Position numbers and translations under genes: made by a program | From: Octopus vulgaris | Lineage: Eukaryota | Length of the DNA stretch: 64,000 bases | NCBI GenBank assembly: GCA_951406725.2 | Contig: OX597819.1 | Coordinates: 20,026,001 to 20,090,000 of the forward strand | Reading direction: 5' to 3' | The notes under the pieces: generated by a model | Seen by the model: the letters and a program-made list of their open reading frames with translations, nothing else | Database searches by the model: none | Told to the model about the DNA's origin: nothing | Shown here: positions 15,170 through 29,989 of the stretch, piece by piece | How positions within the stretch are numbered: the first letter of the stretch is position 1 | How the letters are laid out: every line of letters starts with the position of its first letter

Positions 15170-17830
15170 ACTAACACCAAGCACCCCAACAATGTTGACA
15201 GCCATAAACATCAACAGCCCAAACCTAATGGAATACATTACATCAAACACCAACATAACAGAAAATGATACCAAAACAAAGAACCACCCACGCACAACAC
15301 CACAACACATTAAAATCATATACATAACTCAGAACACACACAGCACCCTAAAATCTCTCTACCCTGCTGTATTTGGGAGATTTCAAAAATACCTGTTCAA
15401 AAAACTATATAAAAAACCTTCTGGAAGACTGTGAGGTGAAGAACTAAGAACTTTCGGAGTAAGTGACTCTCTCTCTCTATCTTCCTTTCGTTGTGTAAAA
15501 CATAGGAAGATGATCAAAATAGATAGTATAAACATACGTGGCTTGGTATCGCCTTGGAAACAAGGCTGCCTAGTAAACGACACCAAATCATAAAAAATTG
15601 CATATCATAGCTATCAGTGAGACTAGACGCCACAGCTCGCGGGCACTCCAGCACATATTCAGCATACATTTCGGTATTTATTTTTCTGTGTCTGAAGAGA
15701 ATGGGCGGAGGTGGCACAGCGGTGCTTCTTCGGAAGAGACTGGACCTCAAAGTAACAGCAAGTTTCCTGGAACCGGAGTGTAGGCTGGTTGTCTTTGATG
15801 TCGACGGCAGCAATGTGTGTGCTTTTCGACTGATAACAGTTTATGCACCGTCCTTAAAAGGCCGGCCAGAATTCTTTCGACGTCCAGAGGTTTTCCTGCG
15901 AACGTCTCGACCTTTACATTTAGTGGAGGATTGGACGCTACTCTGGACGCGCAACTAGATTACGTGGCCAGAGATAGTAATAAGAGGAGATGCAAATGCC
16001 TTAAAGACCTGCTCAGACATTTCCAACTGTCTGACAGGTATCGACTGGACCACCCGAATGTGCCAATGTGGACACGGAGCAACCGCATCGGGTCGTCCAG
16101 ATCGTACTTAGAGTATTCTGTAGGACAGAGGATAAGGTTAGTGTAGGTTCTCCTCAATCCCATATAATCAGCTACACAGACCACAAATCTGTGACTTGTA
16201 CACTTGACGTAGATAAGAGCTGGCAGAACTGTTAGCACGCCCGGCGAAATGCGCAGCCGTATTTCGTCTGCCGTTACGTTCTGAGTTCAAATTCCGCCGA
16301 GGTCGACTTTGCCTTTCATCCTTTCGGGGTCGATAAATTAAGTACCAGTTACGCACTGGGGTCAGTGTAATCGACTTGATCCGTTTGTCTGTCCTTGTTT
16401 GTCCCCTCTGTGTTTAGCCCCGTGTGGGTAGTAAAGAAATAGGTAGGGTCTCGTATACTGGAAGCTGAACGCGTCGTTCACGACACGCCAGGCTTGGGAC
16501 CGGATTAGCACATTAGTTAAGAGAGCATTGACGGATACCATCATCAACAACAGAAGATCAATCAAAAGCAATTAAAGCAGCATCGGTTAGGTACAATAAA
16601 CCCCTAGCATTAGACCGAAATAGAACAGAGGGAGACCTAGTTAAGAAATTAGTAGAGGCACTTAGAACTGTCATCGCGTCCAACGTACTGGCGGCAAGGT
16701 TGGACCTCGACCAACACTTCAACGCCGAACACGAAGGATGCGTTGTCAGAGCTAGGATGCCTGCTCTGAGGAACGAAGGAGTTGGAGCCGTCCGCCAGGC
16801 CCGAGTGGCGGAGGCACAACAAGGTAATAAAGCCACCATAAGGTCACTTACTGATGAACGGGGGCGCGAATTACACGGGCCTGAAAGGATGTGTGATGCT
16901 TTTCAACAACGCATAGAAGATTGATAGAGGAGAAGTGAGAAGACGTTCTCGGACAGAATTTGGGCGTCGACCTGACCCGCCTGTTCAGGTGAACTGTCGG
17001 GCCGCGACCTATGGACAATCACCAAACATCACTGGCCTGGCAGTGCTATCGAGAAGCATTGCCTGTTCGGCATAAGCTCTACAGGCACGGTTCGAGACAC
17101 ACCGGACCGACTTGCCCGAGATGCGGTCAGAGCGACGAAACCGTTCTGCATGCACGCGTGCAGTGTCTAACCATTTCGGACCTGTGGGCTTATGGGGATC
17201 GGCTGGTGTGGAATGAGTCCGCCTGTCGTCGAGCCTATCGTGGCAATTGCTCCGCCACTTCCCTCAACCGGGAAGGCAAGGCAGTCTTCATCGTACTGGT
17301 GGCCATGGTGAAAGAATGTGTGTGGTGGACTCGAGCGAAAGGTTTAGAGACAAACACTTACCTCTCTGGCCAATCGCTCATCAACATTTTCAGGTACCAC
17401 TTGAAAAGAAAGGTGAGAAGGGAGCGGGAGAATTTGTTTCTTGAGAGTTTCAAAAAAAGGTGGGGGGGGGATATAGCAAAGATGGTGCGTACGAGCAAAG
17501 AAACCACTTTGAGCATGATCTGTAAATCGTAAAAAGCGAGAGAGAGAGAGAGAGCACTTTGCTCTTATGTGTTTATTCCCTTCCTGCCTGAGGTTACCGT
17601 GGTCTTTTCCGTAAGCTTTTCTTTCCACGGATAAGCCTAATCTTGCTTCTTAGATTAATTTTTTTTTTCTGTGATACACGATCCCTATTGATCGCATTTT
17701 TCCCCCCTAGTCCTTTTGATCGGAATTTTACTGTTTTCGTCTTTTTTTCCCTTTTCCTTTTTCATTTTCGAAAAGTTCTACTTTTGTATTTATCCCCTCT
17801 GTGTTCAGCCCTGTGTGGCCAATAAAGAAT
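15170..17830 (+). mobile_element. Degenerate L1/Tx1-like LINE (endonuclease and zf-RVT present, RT absent)
   Basis: MIKIDSINIRGL...IAISETR at 15510, VYAPS, YTDHK, YWKLNAS, C-terminal LAWQCYREALPV...CPRCGQSDETVLHARVQC (CCHC), T-rich 3' UTR ending aataaagaat. The 5' boundary is approximate. Confidence 0.8.
16216..16443 (+). mobile_element. SINE family A monomer nested in the Tx1-like endonuclease
   Basis: Interrupts DHKSVTCTLDVDK / YWKLNAS. Confidence 0.92.
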
Positions 17831-18269
17831 GTAATCTATTTATCTGTCTATCTATTTAACAAGCTACCTAGCTACCTAGCTACCTATATATCTATGTATG
17901 TATATATCTACCTGTCTGTACATGCTTACATACACCTGTGTAGAGACATCCCTTTACGCACACGCATATATATATATGTATATATACATGCACTATACAT
18001 ACATACTAAGTGTGTGTGTGTGTGTTTGTAGAATCACTGGAAGGGAGTAGAGCCTGATCATCCATCTGTTTTTGGCACTGTTCCACTGCCAAATAGGTTT
18101 CCATCTTCAAAATATGAAACCTGAACAATTTGGGTGAGGTTCAAAGCCACCTTCCCCGTATCAATTTCAAGACTTACAAGAGTGCCTTCACCTGAACAGA
18201 ATGAGAAACATCTCTTACACGCAAACGACAACAACAAATAACACAAATATCTCCCATAGATCATATTCT

Positions 18270-18656
18270 TTTTCTTTACTTGTTTCAGTAATTTGACAAC
18301 GGTCATGCTGGAGCACCGCCTTTAGACAAGCAAATCAAACCCAGGACTTATTATTTGTAAGCCTAGTACTTATTCTAACGACCCTTTTGCCGAACCGCTA
18401 TTTTACGGGGATGTGAACACTCCAGCATCGGGTGTCAAGTGATGTTGGGGAGACAAACACAGACACACAAGCACACACACACACCTATATATATGCGACG
18501 GGCTACCTTCAGTTTACGCCTACCAAATCAATTCCTCATGTTTTGGTCGACACGAGGCTATAGTAGAAAACACTTGCCCAAGGTGCTACGATGTGGGACT
18601 GAACCCGGAACTATTCGTTTGGTAAACAAGCTACTTACAACACAGTCACTCCTGCT
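18270..18656 (-). mobile_element. tRNA-derived SINE family B with CORE-like central motif
   Basis: Minus strand: gcaggagtgactgtgttgtaag...gggttcagtccc (A/B boxes), caccttgggcaagtg, internal (TG)n, tail gtgctccagcatg...ctgaaacaagtaaaga. Confidence 0.8.
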
Positions 18657-18669
18657 TATAGATATACTT

Positions 18670-18856
18670 TCCTTCTTCTTGTTCTTCTTTTTCTCCTCCT
18701 CATTCTTCTTCTTGTTCTTCTTTTTTCTTATTCTTCTTTTTCTTCCTCTCCTTCTCCTCCTCCTTCTTCTTCTTCCTCTTCTTCTTCCACTTCTTCTTCT
18801 TCCTCTTCTTCTTCTTCTTCTTCATCTTCTTCTTCTTCTTCATCTTCTTCATCTTC
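18670..18856. repeat. (TTC)n tract
   Basis: Direct inspection. Confidence 0.9.
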
Positions 18857-20887
18857 GATTATAATCTCGATTGATTCACCAGCCGTGATGTGAGATATTT
18901 AGTTGGTGAACCTACGTGTGTTTTTCAATTCACGTCTTGTTTGTGTACATAGCCTTATATTCGTTGTATTACTTAATGTATCCTTAAATTGTTTTATTCT
19001 TAAGCAGTATACTGTGATTGCGGTTCATGAAGCTACTCTTTCTAGGACACGATTATGCCATTAGGCAAATGTTCCCCCGTTGTCTTCCTGATTGGATTAT
19101 CTCTCTTGTGTGTTGTGAAAATATATCAACTGTTACTGACGCAACTTTATATAAACTGGAATCAACAAGGGATCTTTGTAACCTTGCTATTCTTTCTACA
19201 AATTGTTCTCATCCTATCAAATTTCCAGACATTTTTTTCACTAGTATTGTCTATGTGACACTACTGTCTAATGTGCCAGAAATACGGTTTGAGGAAGTTT
19301 TCGTCGATGTTTCAAGCATTCCAGGAGTGCAGGTACAATTCTATAATACATTGGTTACTTAAAGACAACCATAAAACTTTTGGGCCAAGAAATAGCAGAT
19401 TAATCTTTCCTGGGAGTTGATTAATAGTTATTTTTTCAAATCTGGAAGAATGAATTGCAAAATCGATTTCAGTGGAATTAGAACTAAAGCCCTAATTGTG
19501 CATTATGGTAAAGCATTTCGTCTGTGATTCTGGCAATTCTTCAAATGCAACTCACTGCATTTTCATCAGATTGCCAGTATGAAATACGATTTTCATATTG
19601 AATCATCGTAGCAGGGAAGGTGACACTTCATCCTCATACAATGCCGAAAACTATGACCAAAGCTATGAAACAAGGAAACTACATATAAGACTAAAATAAT
19701 GAATGAATTTTGTGTTGTTGCTTCCTGCCATGCCATCTATGTCTAAGGAGAAAAATGATTAAAAATGCGACTGCTTCCTCATTCCTTCCTAATGTATATT
19801 TAAGACGTAATTAGTCAATGTGTTCTTGTCAAATTTTCAAAATGCGACTTGAGATATGAAGGAAAATTCATTGCTATTTCATCCAAGTAGTTGACTATAA
19901 TAAAGGCTTTGCTTATTGGCTCGATAAATAGACGAATTTCAGAAAAATTTATGCGATTTTGGTAAACATTTATAGCCACCCGAAATATAAAAGTTAACCT
20001 CAATCTTTATAATTAAAATAGTCATGTTAATACAGTCGAAATGTTAAAAGAGCAATGACACCATAGTTTTAGTTAAGTGAGACCTGACTTTTTTTTTTTA
20101 ATTAATCACACTCTTTGAAATGTCTCCCTTCATGATCAATACAATTTTGAAATCGATAATAAGAATAATTGGGTGAAATTAAAACGAATAATTAATTAAT
20201 AGTGATTAATTACTAATGTAACCAAAATCGAGGAAAATGTGCTGAATACTTCGTATATTAGGCTACAACTTTTCAGTTTTGTTTCATGTCAGACTTCATC
20301 TACAAGAATTTTGATTCCATTAATCTCTTTTCGGTCATTCTTTTATTATGTAGCTACTGTTTTTGCATGTCACCATCGTTGGTCCTAAAAACCATCAGTT
20401 GAATGATATTGCTCATCAATTATCAGTCTTCGTAGATCGATGAACGATCGGTTTTATCAACGTCAATATTGCGGCATGACATAAATGTGCTTCCAAGCCA
20501 AATATTCTTCATTACATAGAGGTTGTTCTGATATTACAAATAGGGTTCCAATTTCCCTGGATTCATAATACGACTCTTTTGAACATGAACAAGGTATATT
20601 AGATAACGCACATGTTTGTCTAATGTTATATAGATCAATTATGATAATTGGAATATTATTCAACAAACATTTTTTGTATGCTCAGGTGATCTATATTTTT
20701 CAGCTCACCACATTACGTATATGAACCCACTCCTCCAGCTATAACCATATTTACACACACACATACTCACCCAGAATTGAGAGACTGTTGGATCTTTTTT
20801 CACTGTAGATCTTCTATCATTCGGTTTCACCCCTTCCTTTCTAAACCATATGCTATAACAGCAAATGACACAAGATTATTATCATGT

Positions 20888-21176
20888 GCGAGTGACCAAC
20901 AAAACTCCTTGAAACACCAAAATGACCTGAAGGCTAGGATTATGACAGCATTCACCAACCTAAACTATGAGACTGTCCAGAAGCGTTTCAGGAGATTCTG
21001 AAGTCGTCTAGAGTTTGTGGCTGAAACGAATGGCAATTTTATTGATTAAATTTAATCACTAGTATTTCAAAAATGTCTTTTGCTGTAGTTTTGGTAAATG
21101 TATCTGTTAAAATAAGGTGTCAGTGTTATTTTCAATTTTGCGTAATTTAGACGACAATTTATTCACCGCACCCTAT
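20888..21176 (+). mobile_element. Tc1/mariner-superfamily transposon 3' fragment
   Basis: Reads RVTNKTP*NTKNDLKARIMTAFTNLNYETVQKRFRRF*SRLEFVAETNGNFID*, a transposase C-terminus; ends in TIR-like gcaccctatg. Confidence 0.7.
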
Positions 21177-21193
21177 GCACACAAACACACACA

Positions 21194-21249
<56 letters not shown>

Positions 21250-23834
21250 TATACATACATACATACATACATAAATACATATATATATATATGCGTGTGT
21301 GTGTGTGTACACGGACCGATAGGTATATGTCTATATCTGTACATGGTCGCATACGGAGACACAGAAACACACATGCATGCGCACACGCTCCCGTATATAT
21401 ATACATGCATATATATTCGTAAGCATATAGCATATAGGTATATATGTGTGTTTGTATATGAATTTATAATAGTGTTCAGTGGTCTCTTAGATTACATTTT
21501 GCAATCTTTGATTTCAATTATGATAAAATTTCTCCTTTCAGCGAACGCAGATATATTTAAATAATTTCCTTATTTCGAAGGAATTTGTCATTACCTCACT
21601 TCTCTTTGAAACGCCAAAATGCAATGAATTATTCAAGAACGTCGGAATATATATGCAAACACCTAAAATAAGAAACTTAGTTAGTATTAAACTATTTAAC
21701 TAATCTAGGAAGCGGCTAAACCTGTAGCGACAACAGTATTCAGCTAACGGTCATGGCTCATTAAGTGTATTCTGATATGGATGTTGTGTGTGCAGCTCAT
21801 TAATTCAGTGTCGTATTCAGCCAGCCGCCGCCATCATTTTCGTGTAAGTCAGCCATTCAGAAATAAGTAGCTGATAATGTTCTGAACAGGAATATTTATA
21901 GAGAACCAGTCTTAACGACTAATCGATTCCCTTGTCCCGTTTAATGAACTATGTTTTTATATATTTCTCCTACAGCTATTTTCGTCTTGAGGGGAATTTA
22001 AATTCGTGGAAAGAAACATTATTATTTATTTATTTTATCATGGTCTCTACTCTTTACATTTCGAATCACTCTGATTGAGTTAAAGAAATTGTGAATTGGT
22101 ATTTTTCTTTCTTTAATTGCTTAGTCAGAAGAAAGAATTCCATTTTCAGATTCTCTGTGACTGGTAGTAAGGAATGAATAAGTTATCTTCAAGCAGGTGA
22201 CCTTGCCAAGTGCTTTCAAAAAGGAGAATTCTGCCGAAGGCAATCAAGAGCCATGTATTTGTGTTAACCTAAAACCAAACGATATATATTTCGTCCTCTT
22301 TGAATTTACGGTTTCAATTTTTAGGAAAGAAGCTAAAATTCTAAACACGAAGAAGCGGAACTTCGGGTGAGAAAAATTCTTCCGAAACGACCGATAGAAT
22401 TCTTTTCGGTCGGTTATAACTGGTTTCTAAAGATATTAGGAAAAAAGGTTAGAATTAGATGCTGAAAACTCAAAATCGCTTAGTGCACATCGCAATTAGG
22501 AATTATTTTCTATAGAAAGAAACGCAAAGATTCTCTTTTGAAACAAACCATTCCAGACTTTAGCTTCAGAAAATGAGTGTCCTGTAGAAGTAAACCATCC
22601 TTCTTGACTTTGAAATTCTTGAGTGGCAGTGTTGTGAGGATTGATTATAGTTAACCGAAGCTACGCGTCGACATATTAGGAAGTTTTTATTTCTGTTAAT
22701 CTCGAAGGAACATACTGATGACTTTGATTTATGTACCATCGTTGGATCTTATTTTCTTACTCATTCATGTCTATATACAAAATTTTCCATCCATTAAGGT
22801 ACACACCGCGACTTATGAACACATTCAATTCAATTCTGATATTATTGTTCAATACGTTGCTGGATGCTGGAATCCAGCTGAATCATATCAATTATGTGAA
22901 ACTATAAATTGTTAGGTCATAAGAATTCTAATCAAAGTCATATATTTTTTATGTCAGTGTATATTTTCCAGTGAGTCATATTTTATTTATGAAGATGTTC
23001 ATTAAGGATTTGAAAACTGAGCTGTTATTTCTAATGAGTTGGGTTACACCAAAAGTCTTCCTCGTTAACTGTTTTCAATAGAACAGATTTTACTGTCGTG
23101 TTATTATCAATGAGTAAATGTAAAAGGGGACGCTATAGTCGGAGCTATTTACTAACGAGTGACTGTGTGTCAAATTTAAAGAAAGGTAAATGAACATTTC
23201 TGTTGGGAGAGAGATTAATGTTCAATAACCGATGCTAAGAAGAAAGGATTGAGAGGTATGTTTAGCATAGAAGTATGCTTCATCCAAGAAACATAAGATC
23301 ATTTATGTTGTGCCCTTCGCATTTTTTATTCAGCAGCCGTCCCCTACATTACAAAATGAAGTCCATTATGATGCAAATAAATTACTCGTCATTTGGATTC
23401 CACATTGTTTATCTCGCTCTAGACATGCTGAAGCTCATTCCTGAAGCTACCAGTGTATTTCGAGGCATATTTTGAATGAAACTTCCGAAAGTTTAGCTTT
23501 GATGTCTTTTCCTCCCTGACACGGATTCTTCGAATTTTAATTTGGCAGTCTTTTGATTTATGCCACTTTATGGCTATATCATATGAAATGATATCAGCAT
23601 TGAAGATCTTACTGGCATGGAGACTCTCTAGATCAGAAATCGTTTGAGGAAATTGGAGCAATTGAAGCGCGATTTACCGTTCAAAAAACATTGAAACATT
23701 TACATATAATTTTGATTGAGTTTAGAGTCAATCATACAATTCGACTACTGAGTAAGTTATACTGCGCCAATATGAGCAGATGTGACGAAATGTATAAGTG
23801 ATCATGTCATAAGAGTATGGGGAAGATTTTAAAC

Positions 23835-24010
23835 CGGCAGCTGGCAGGATCATTGGAGTATCAAAACTTTGCTTTATAAATTCATTTCCGTCAGACGCTA
23901 GCTTTTTTCTTTTCAGTCCTCTGAGGTTGATAAAATGAAGTTCTAATTATGTGCTGGTGTCAATTTTAAAGATTATCTCCCTTACATAAAATTGCTGGCC
24001 TTGTGCCTAA
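23835..24010 (+). mobile_element. Old degenerate SINE family A relative
   Basis: gctggcaggatc...ttttcagtcctctgaggttgataaaatgaag...ggccttgtgcc. Confidence 0.45.
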
Positions 24011-24083
24011 ATTAAAACAATTATCAAAAACTATACGAATATTTAACGCAACACTCTGTGTATATTTGAACATAATAACTCAT

Positions 24084-24372
24084 TTATTCATAGCTTTCAT
24101 CGCGAACAACTTAATTGAATACAAACGATATAATAAACATCGCACACCAAATTAAACTTAACACCACATCTTAGCAGAAGCAATAAAACTACTTCTGTTT
24201 GAAATGATGCATGTATCACAGAAATATCTAGCTTGTCTTTGTCCAAGTGAGTGGCATGGAGGGAGCCAGTGTTGGTGTGAAGATGTTATACTGTTTAGCT
24301 CTTCCTAGAGGTCCTTCTATCATCATACAACCTTGAATGGTAAACATCTGTCTAGTAGCAGCATACAAAAGT
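24084..24372 (+). repeat. ~290-bp unclassified repeat, copy 1 (inverted partner at 30916-31206)
   Basis: Reverse complement of 30916-31206 with scattered substitutions and small indels. Confidence 0.92.
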
Positions 24373-25499
24373 GTAATATTAATGTGTGATTATATTTGTA
24401 CGTGTGTGTGTTATGTGTCAACTACCAATATATTTGGTTCAAGATCTACTTCTATCTGCATATTCTCCAACATGAAGAAATATTACAAAATATTACACTT
24501 GCCATTTTTTTTTCTCTAACGAAACTTCTGAAGATATCAAAGTCTCTGTGATTCCCCCCACACACAAAAAACAAAAACTATCAATGAGAGATATATCAGA
24601 ACAATAAAGAGAAAAAAAAGATATCTAGCACAATAGGTATACGGCGCAGATTACTATTATCTAGCCAAATCTAACGTTGGATACTTGCCACGATTTCACA
24701 ACGGTAAGCAGTTTAATTCTTACAGTTAGAGTACTTGTATAGAATACTTCCGTACAAGAAGAAATAATAACGTAAATGTTAAGTGTAAGGTTCGGTTGTA
24801 TTATATATGATATTGAGAAAGTGAAAGTGAAACTAAAGTTATATAGGTGAAAGTTGATATAAATGTTCTTAGTCGCAGCAATACCTAAGAGGTACGGAAA
24901 ATTGGAATTGGACTATTGTGGAAATGCATATTATTATAAAGTGACATATTCCATGTTAAATGGTAACCTTCACTGACAGTTATAATGTAAAGTCACTAAC
25001 GTAACATTTTATAGTTAGAGGACGTAAACAATAATCACCAACATCGTAATATACGTCGAACAGAAGCATCAGAGAAAATACTCAATCTTAAGATTGTGCA
25101 ACACAATATATAGATGACTATATTGAACACATAATCACTAGTTCCATTATATGTTTTTTTGTTCTATACTACGGTCAGTATTACAGTTTGGTCATACTGG
25201 GGCAACACTTTCACTCTTTTAATCGCTCATATCAGTGCTATAGTTTATAGCTATAACTATCTGCGATTATATTCTTTTTGTTTTTCAATGAATTCAGTTG
25301 TTGGGAAACATCTACAGGTAAATGAAAAGCTTTACACGCTCTAACGTACACTTTAGTGCAGAATATTTATTATCATTATATATATGTATGGGGGAGGAGT
25401 GTGTGTATGCGTATGTGTAAATGTGTATTCGTGTGTGTAAATGTGTATTCGTGTGTTTGTCTAAATATAAATGTATTTATATTTGTAAATGCGTATATG

Positions 25500-25532
<33 letters not shown>

Positions 25533-25612
25533 AAGTAAATGCGTACAAAAACACACACACACACACACACATATATACATGTGTCTGTGTGTGTGTACGT
25601 ATGTATATATAA

Positions 25613-25648
<36 letters not shown>

Positions 25649-25670
25649 TTATATATACATATGTACACAT

Positions 25671-25701
<31 letters not shown>

Positions 25702-26916
25702 CTCACATCTACAACGTCTTATATATGTGAGTGTGTGCATGATGTGTGTATGTGTGTATATGGGGATAATATAATGTATGGATTCAGAGAATCATGAGGC
25801 TATTATATTTGACTCTGCAATCGGAAATCGGCTATCGATCTAGGAAGTACTCAGTAGCTTTGAAGTCGTAGAATTAGGACAGAAATGTCATATACATAAC
25901 ACAGGATAGTAGGTATGGTTATTGTCGTGTATAGTACGAATATAAGGTCTGTGAGTACTGAAAAACGTGAGACGGATTATTTGATGAGGGCTATGTGTGT
26001 TGGGCAATTAGTTGTACATCCATGGAATGATATTTTATTTTAATTGTTTAAATATTTAATGAATAGATAATGTTATTGTTTTCCTTTCAGAGTTACTAGA
26101 GAACTAAACTTACGTGCCTAACGTCTTAGCTGTCTCAAAGTCGCTGTTGCTGTTGTGCACTTACGCTTTGGCGCTTTCTGTAACACGCAAGTATACATTC
26201 CATTCATTTCGTGAGCAAGGAATCATATATATCTGGACACACAGGACTCTACGTTGCTGTTCATGTTTCACTAGAAGTTGATCTGTTTGCAGAATCAGCA
26301 TTTGATACGTTTCTCAGTAAACCTCAGTGAAGATATCTACGCTTTTCACTACCTACATTGAGAAACAAAATACGTTTCTGGTGAATAGTATAAAATAGAC
26401 TTTCTAGCGGAGAATTTAAGAATTTTTGCATGAAAGAAAACTAAAACGATATAAAATTTTATCAACATATGCTAAATGCCATACACTTTAGATATATACT
26501 GGTAACTTGGTTTGACATATTTTCTGTTAAATATTTTCTGTTAAATATTTTCTGTATTCTGTGGCATTTGGAAATATTAGTGGGCGTCAAAGGTAGAAAA
26601 AAAATGTCCTATAAGCTCCTTGAGGGCATTGAGAGTGAAAATGGGCGAACCATTGTGGTTTGCATTCACATTCTTTGTAAAGGCTCCGTTCGTTTCTGAT
26701 GTTTATTGCGCATTGGATTTTATCTTTGGAGCCACTTAAGGTAAGTGCGTTGCTGTTATGTCGACACACTCTGGTAAAAGGCCTTATCTGTGAATGGAAT
26801 TGGCAAGCAGATGATGATATTCTTAACTGGTTTCTATACAATGGCAGCGAGTGACGTATATTTTTTTCTATATTATCACGTACTCCACGCATATACACGC
26901 ACATGCTCACACGCAG

Positions 26917-26967
<51 letters not shown>

Positions 26968-27929
26968 TAGAAAGACACATACACACAATTACATTTACAC
27001 ACACAATCATACACACACAGACAAACATGCACACACAGACAAACATGCACACGCATTTGCACAAAATATGCAGCAAAAATATATCTCCTCATAATATAAA
27101 ATACTTCAATTATAAAGGAAATTTTAAAGAACTCAAAGGAAATAGACAATCCTATTATCTATATTTGAGTATTAATATCTTAAATTATCTCATAGTTAAA
27201 TCTATTTAGCACACTAAAATAGTAGCTTAGCCATACATATCAAAGCACATGTATACAGATCTTAATGCATCGTGCCCATATATTTCGACATGTATGCCCA
27301 AGCTATGATGTTATTGTAGATATAAGTATGAGATATCGTCAAACATACACACACACGCACTCATACACAGGAAAGCGCACAGACACGCGCACACACAAAC
27401 ACGTATCCACAGACGCAGTCACACACATACAAATATACATGCGTGTACATGGATGTGTATATATTTCTCTATGAGCTTCCATCTAACAATGAAAAGAAAT
27501 CCTGTTACCAAGGTAAAATATACACAATGAATAACATAGAAAGGAATATTGCATAATAACCTCAACACAACGGTTACGGGAAAAGGGGGATTATGGAAGG
27601 TGCAGAGAACATGGTTGTATATGAATGTATTATTATTCATAAACGTGAAGTTAGGTCAATAGAAGGAGAAGCATCAAAGATCAATTCAATATACATGGAA
27701 AATAGCTAACAATGAAACTCACATGCTAATTGTTATTGTGTTGAATATAGTAGAAAGACCGGCATATTACATTGACTGATGACTCTGTGACGACGAACGA
27801 TATGTTTTATGGATATATGTATTGAGGAGGTTGTGTGCACATGTCTGTACGTATGGATAGGCCTGCGTGTGTGCGTGCATGTTTGCGTGCGAGTGTGTAT
27901 GCGCATGAATGTGCACATGTATTTTACTT

Positions 27930-28414
27930 GTGTTTTGTATATATATGTATGTATGTATATATATATATATGTATATATGTATATATATATATATATATAT
28001 ATCTGTGCAAAAATATATGTAAATAAATGGAAATATACAAGGGTATACATAGTTGAGCACATGCATGTATTTCTGAACGTGTATACCTGTCTATATATAG
28101 ATGTACACAGACACGCATATATATACAAACATATATATATATATATGTGTGTGTGTGTATGTATACACATTTACATATACATGCATACATATCTACATTT
28201 ATACATATGTGTATATGTGTGTGTGTGTCTGTGTGCGTGTGTGTATATCTTCATATATATATATCCGCCTAGACCTTTCTCTATGCATATGAGTATGTCG
28301 GTCCATTATAGTTTCCGATATATTTATTCGTCAATATGTGAGAGTGTACAAACACACACACACACATATTTATATTTATATGTATACATATATGTATGTA
28401 TGTTTGTATGTACC

Positions 28415-28483
<69 letters not shown>

Positions 28484-28530
28484 GTATGCATGTATGTATG
28501 TATGTACGTATGTATGTATGTATGTATGTT
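27930..28530. repeat. Compound TA/TG/TATG microsatellite field
   Basis: Direct inspection. Confidence 0.9.
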
Positions 28531-28910
28531 GCGTGAGTGTCATTGTGTACCCATACATACGCAGGTGTATGTGATTAGGTTTGTGTGTGTATAATGAAAT
28601 AAGTGTAGGATCTAATTGAATGGAATCACGTTATGCGGTGTAGAGAAACTTTGGATTCGGACTCAAAAATGATAGGGACAAAATAACAAAAACATATAAA
28701 GCAAAAACTTATGTAGTTCAAAAGCAATGGTATGGATGCTATACGTAAAAATAGTAATAAAATATTATGGGCGTTGTTCAGAAATATGAACGAGAGAGGG
28801 AGCTGGATAGAGATAGAAATAGACAGAGACGTAGAGATAGATTAAATGACATACACGCATACGCATGCACAAATGTGAAAATATATGAGTACGGTGAATG
28901 AGGGGAAAAA

Positions 28911-28925
28911 ATAATAATGATGGTA

Positions 28926-28988
<63 letters not shown>
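28911..28988. repeat. (AAT)n microsatellite
   Basis: Direct inspection. Confidence 0.95.
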
Positions 28989-29989
28989 GGAGAGGTAGGA
29001 GGAGATGAAACGTCGAAATGACAAACATCATGCCGCATGAGGGGGAAATTACTAATATAAAAGATGAAAGAATGTATCTGATAACAACCAAAAATACAAG
29101 GAAGAAAGAAGTGCAAGCATAAAAATTCCCTTTAAAAATGACAAAACAAAAAAAAACTCAAATCCCTAAAATTAAAAATATATATATATATATGCATATA
29201 TATATATATAAACTGAAGGTAGAGCAATATATGGTGCTATGAATATTAGCAAGAAAGAACCAGTAATATTACAAAAGCAAGACGTATGCAAGTGAATGTG
29301 GAAAGTGTATCAAAGCGAAGAACCGGTGGTGTAGATGTTGGCGAATGTCCTCTGTTAATGGAAATATATATTAAAAGCGCTAAAAATTGAAAGAAGTGAA
29401 ATGAAAATTATTAATTCCGTCAATGGCTACAAAAAAGATACAATGATACACAAATAAATAAAGACACAAATAAATAAATAGTTGAATTTACCAAAATAAT
29501 GTGTAGCAAGCAAAAGTTAAAATGTTACAAATGTAACAACGTCATGAGGAGAAATATCACCACGTTTGATATTCGTAATATTGATAACAACAAAAACAAC
29601 GACGACAACAATAATAATAATAAGAATCGATTTTATCGTTCATAAATTTAGAATGCGATAGGATATTTTGGAAGGAGTATGGTCAAAAGTATCGTCCCTA
29701 ATACATTAGTTGGCATTCATACGAACGTCCTTTGGGCATAAACACACTTGTACAACACTTCTTCAGAATAAACTTTATAGTTCTAATAATCCCGCATAAG
29801 CTGTCGGTTAACAGATGCTATCAACTTAATTAGCATAATAATTCTATATAAACTGAAAAATGTAAAACAACCCAATTTTTAAAACAACTCAATTTTTAAA
29901 AATAGTTTTAAAAAATCAGTGAGTGTATCTTGCTTCAGAAGCCAATTATTGAATGCGATGAACATGTTTCAATGTTATTAGAACACTTC

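Noticed and set aside
14880-15175. Possible NUMT: hydrophobic frame interrupted only by TGA
   Set aside because: No recognisable mitochondrial protein motif or adjacent mt-tRNA; T-rich composition can explain it.
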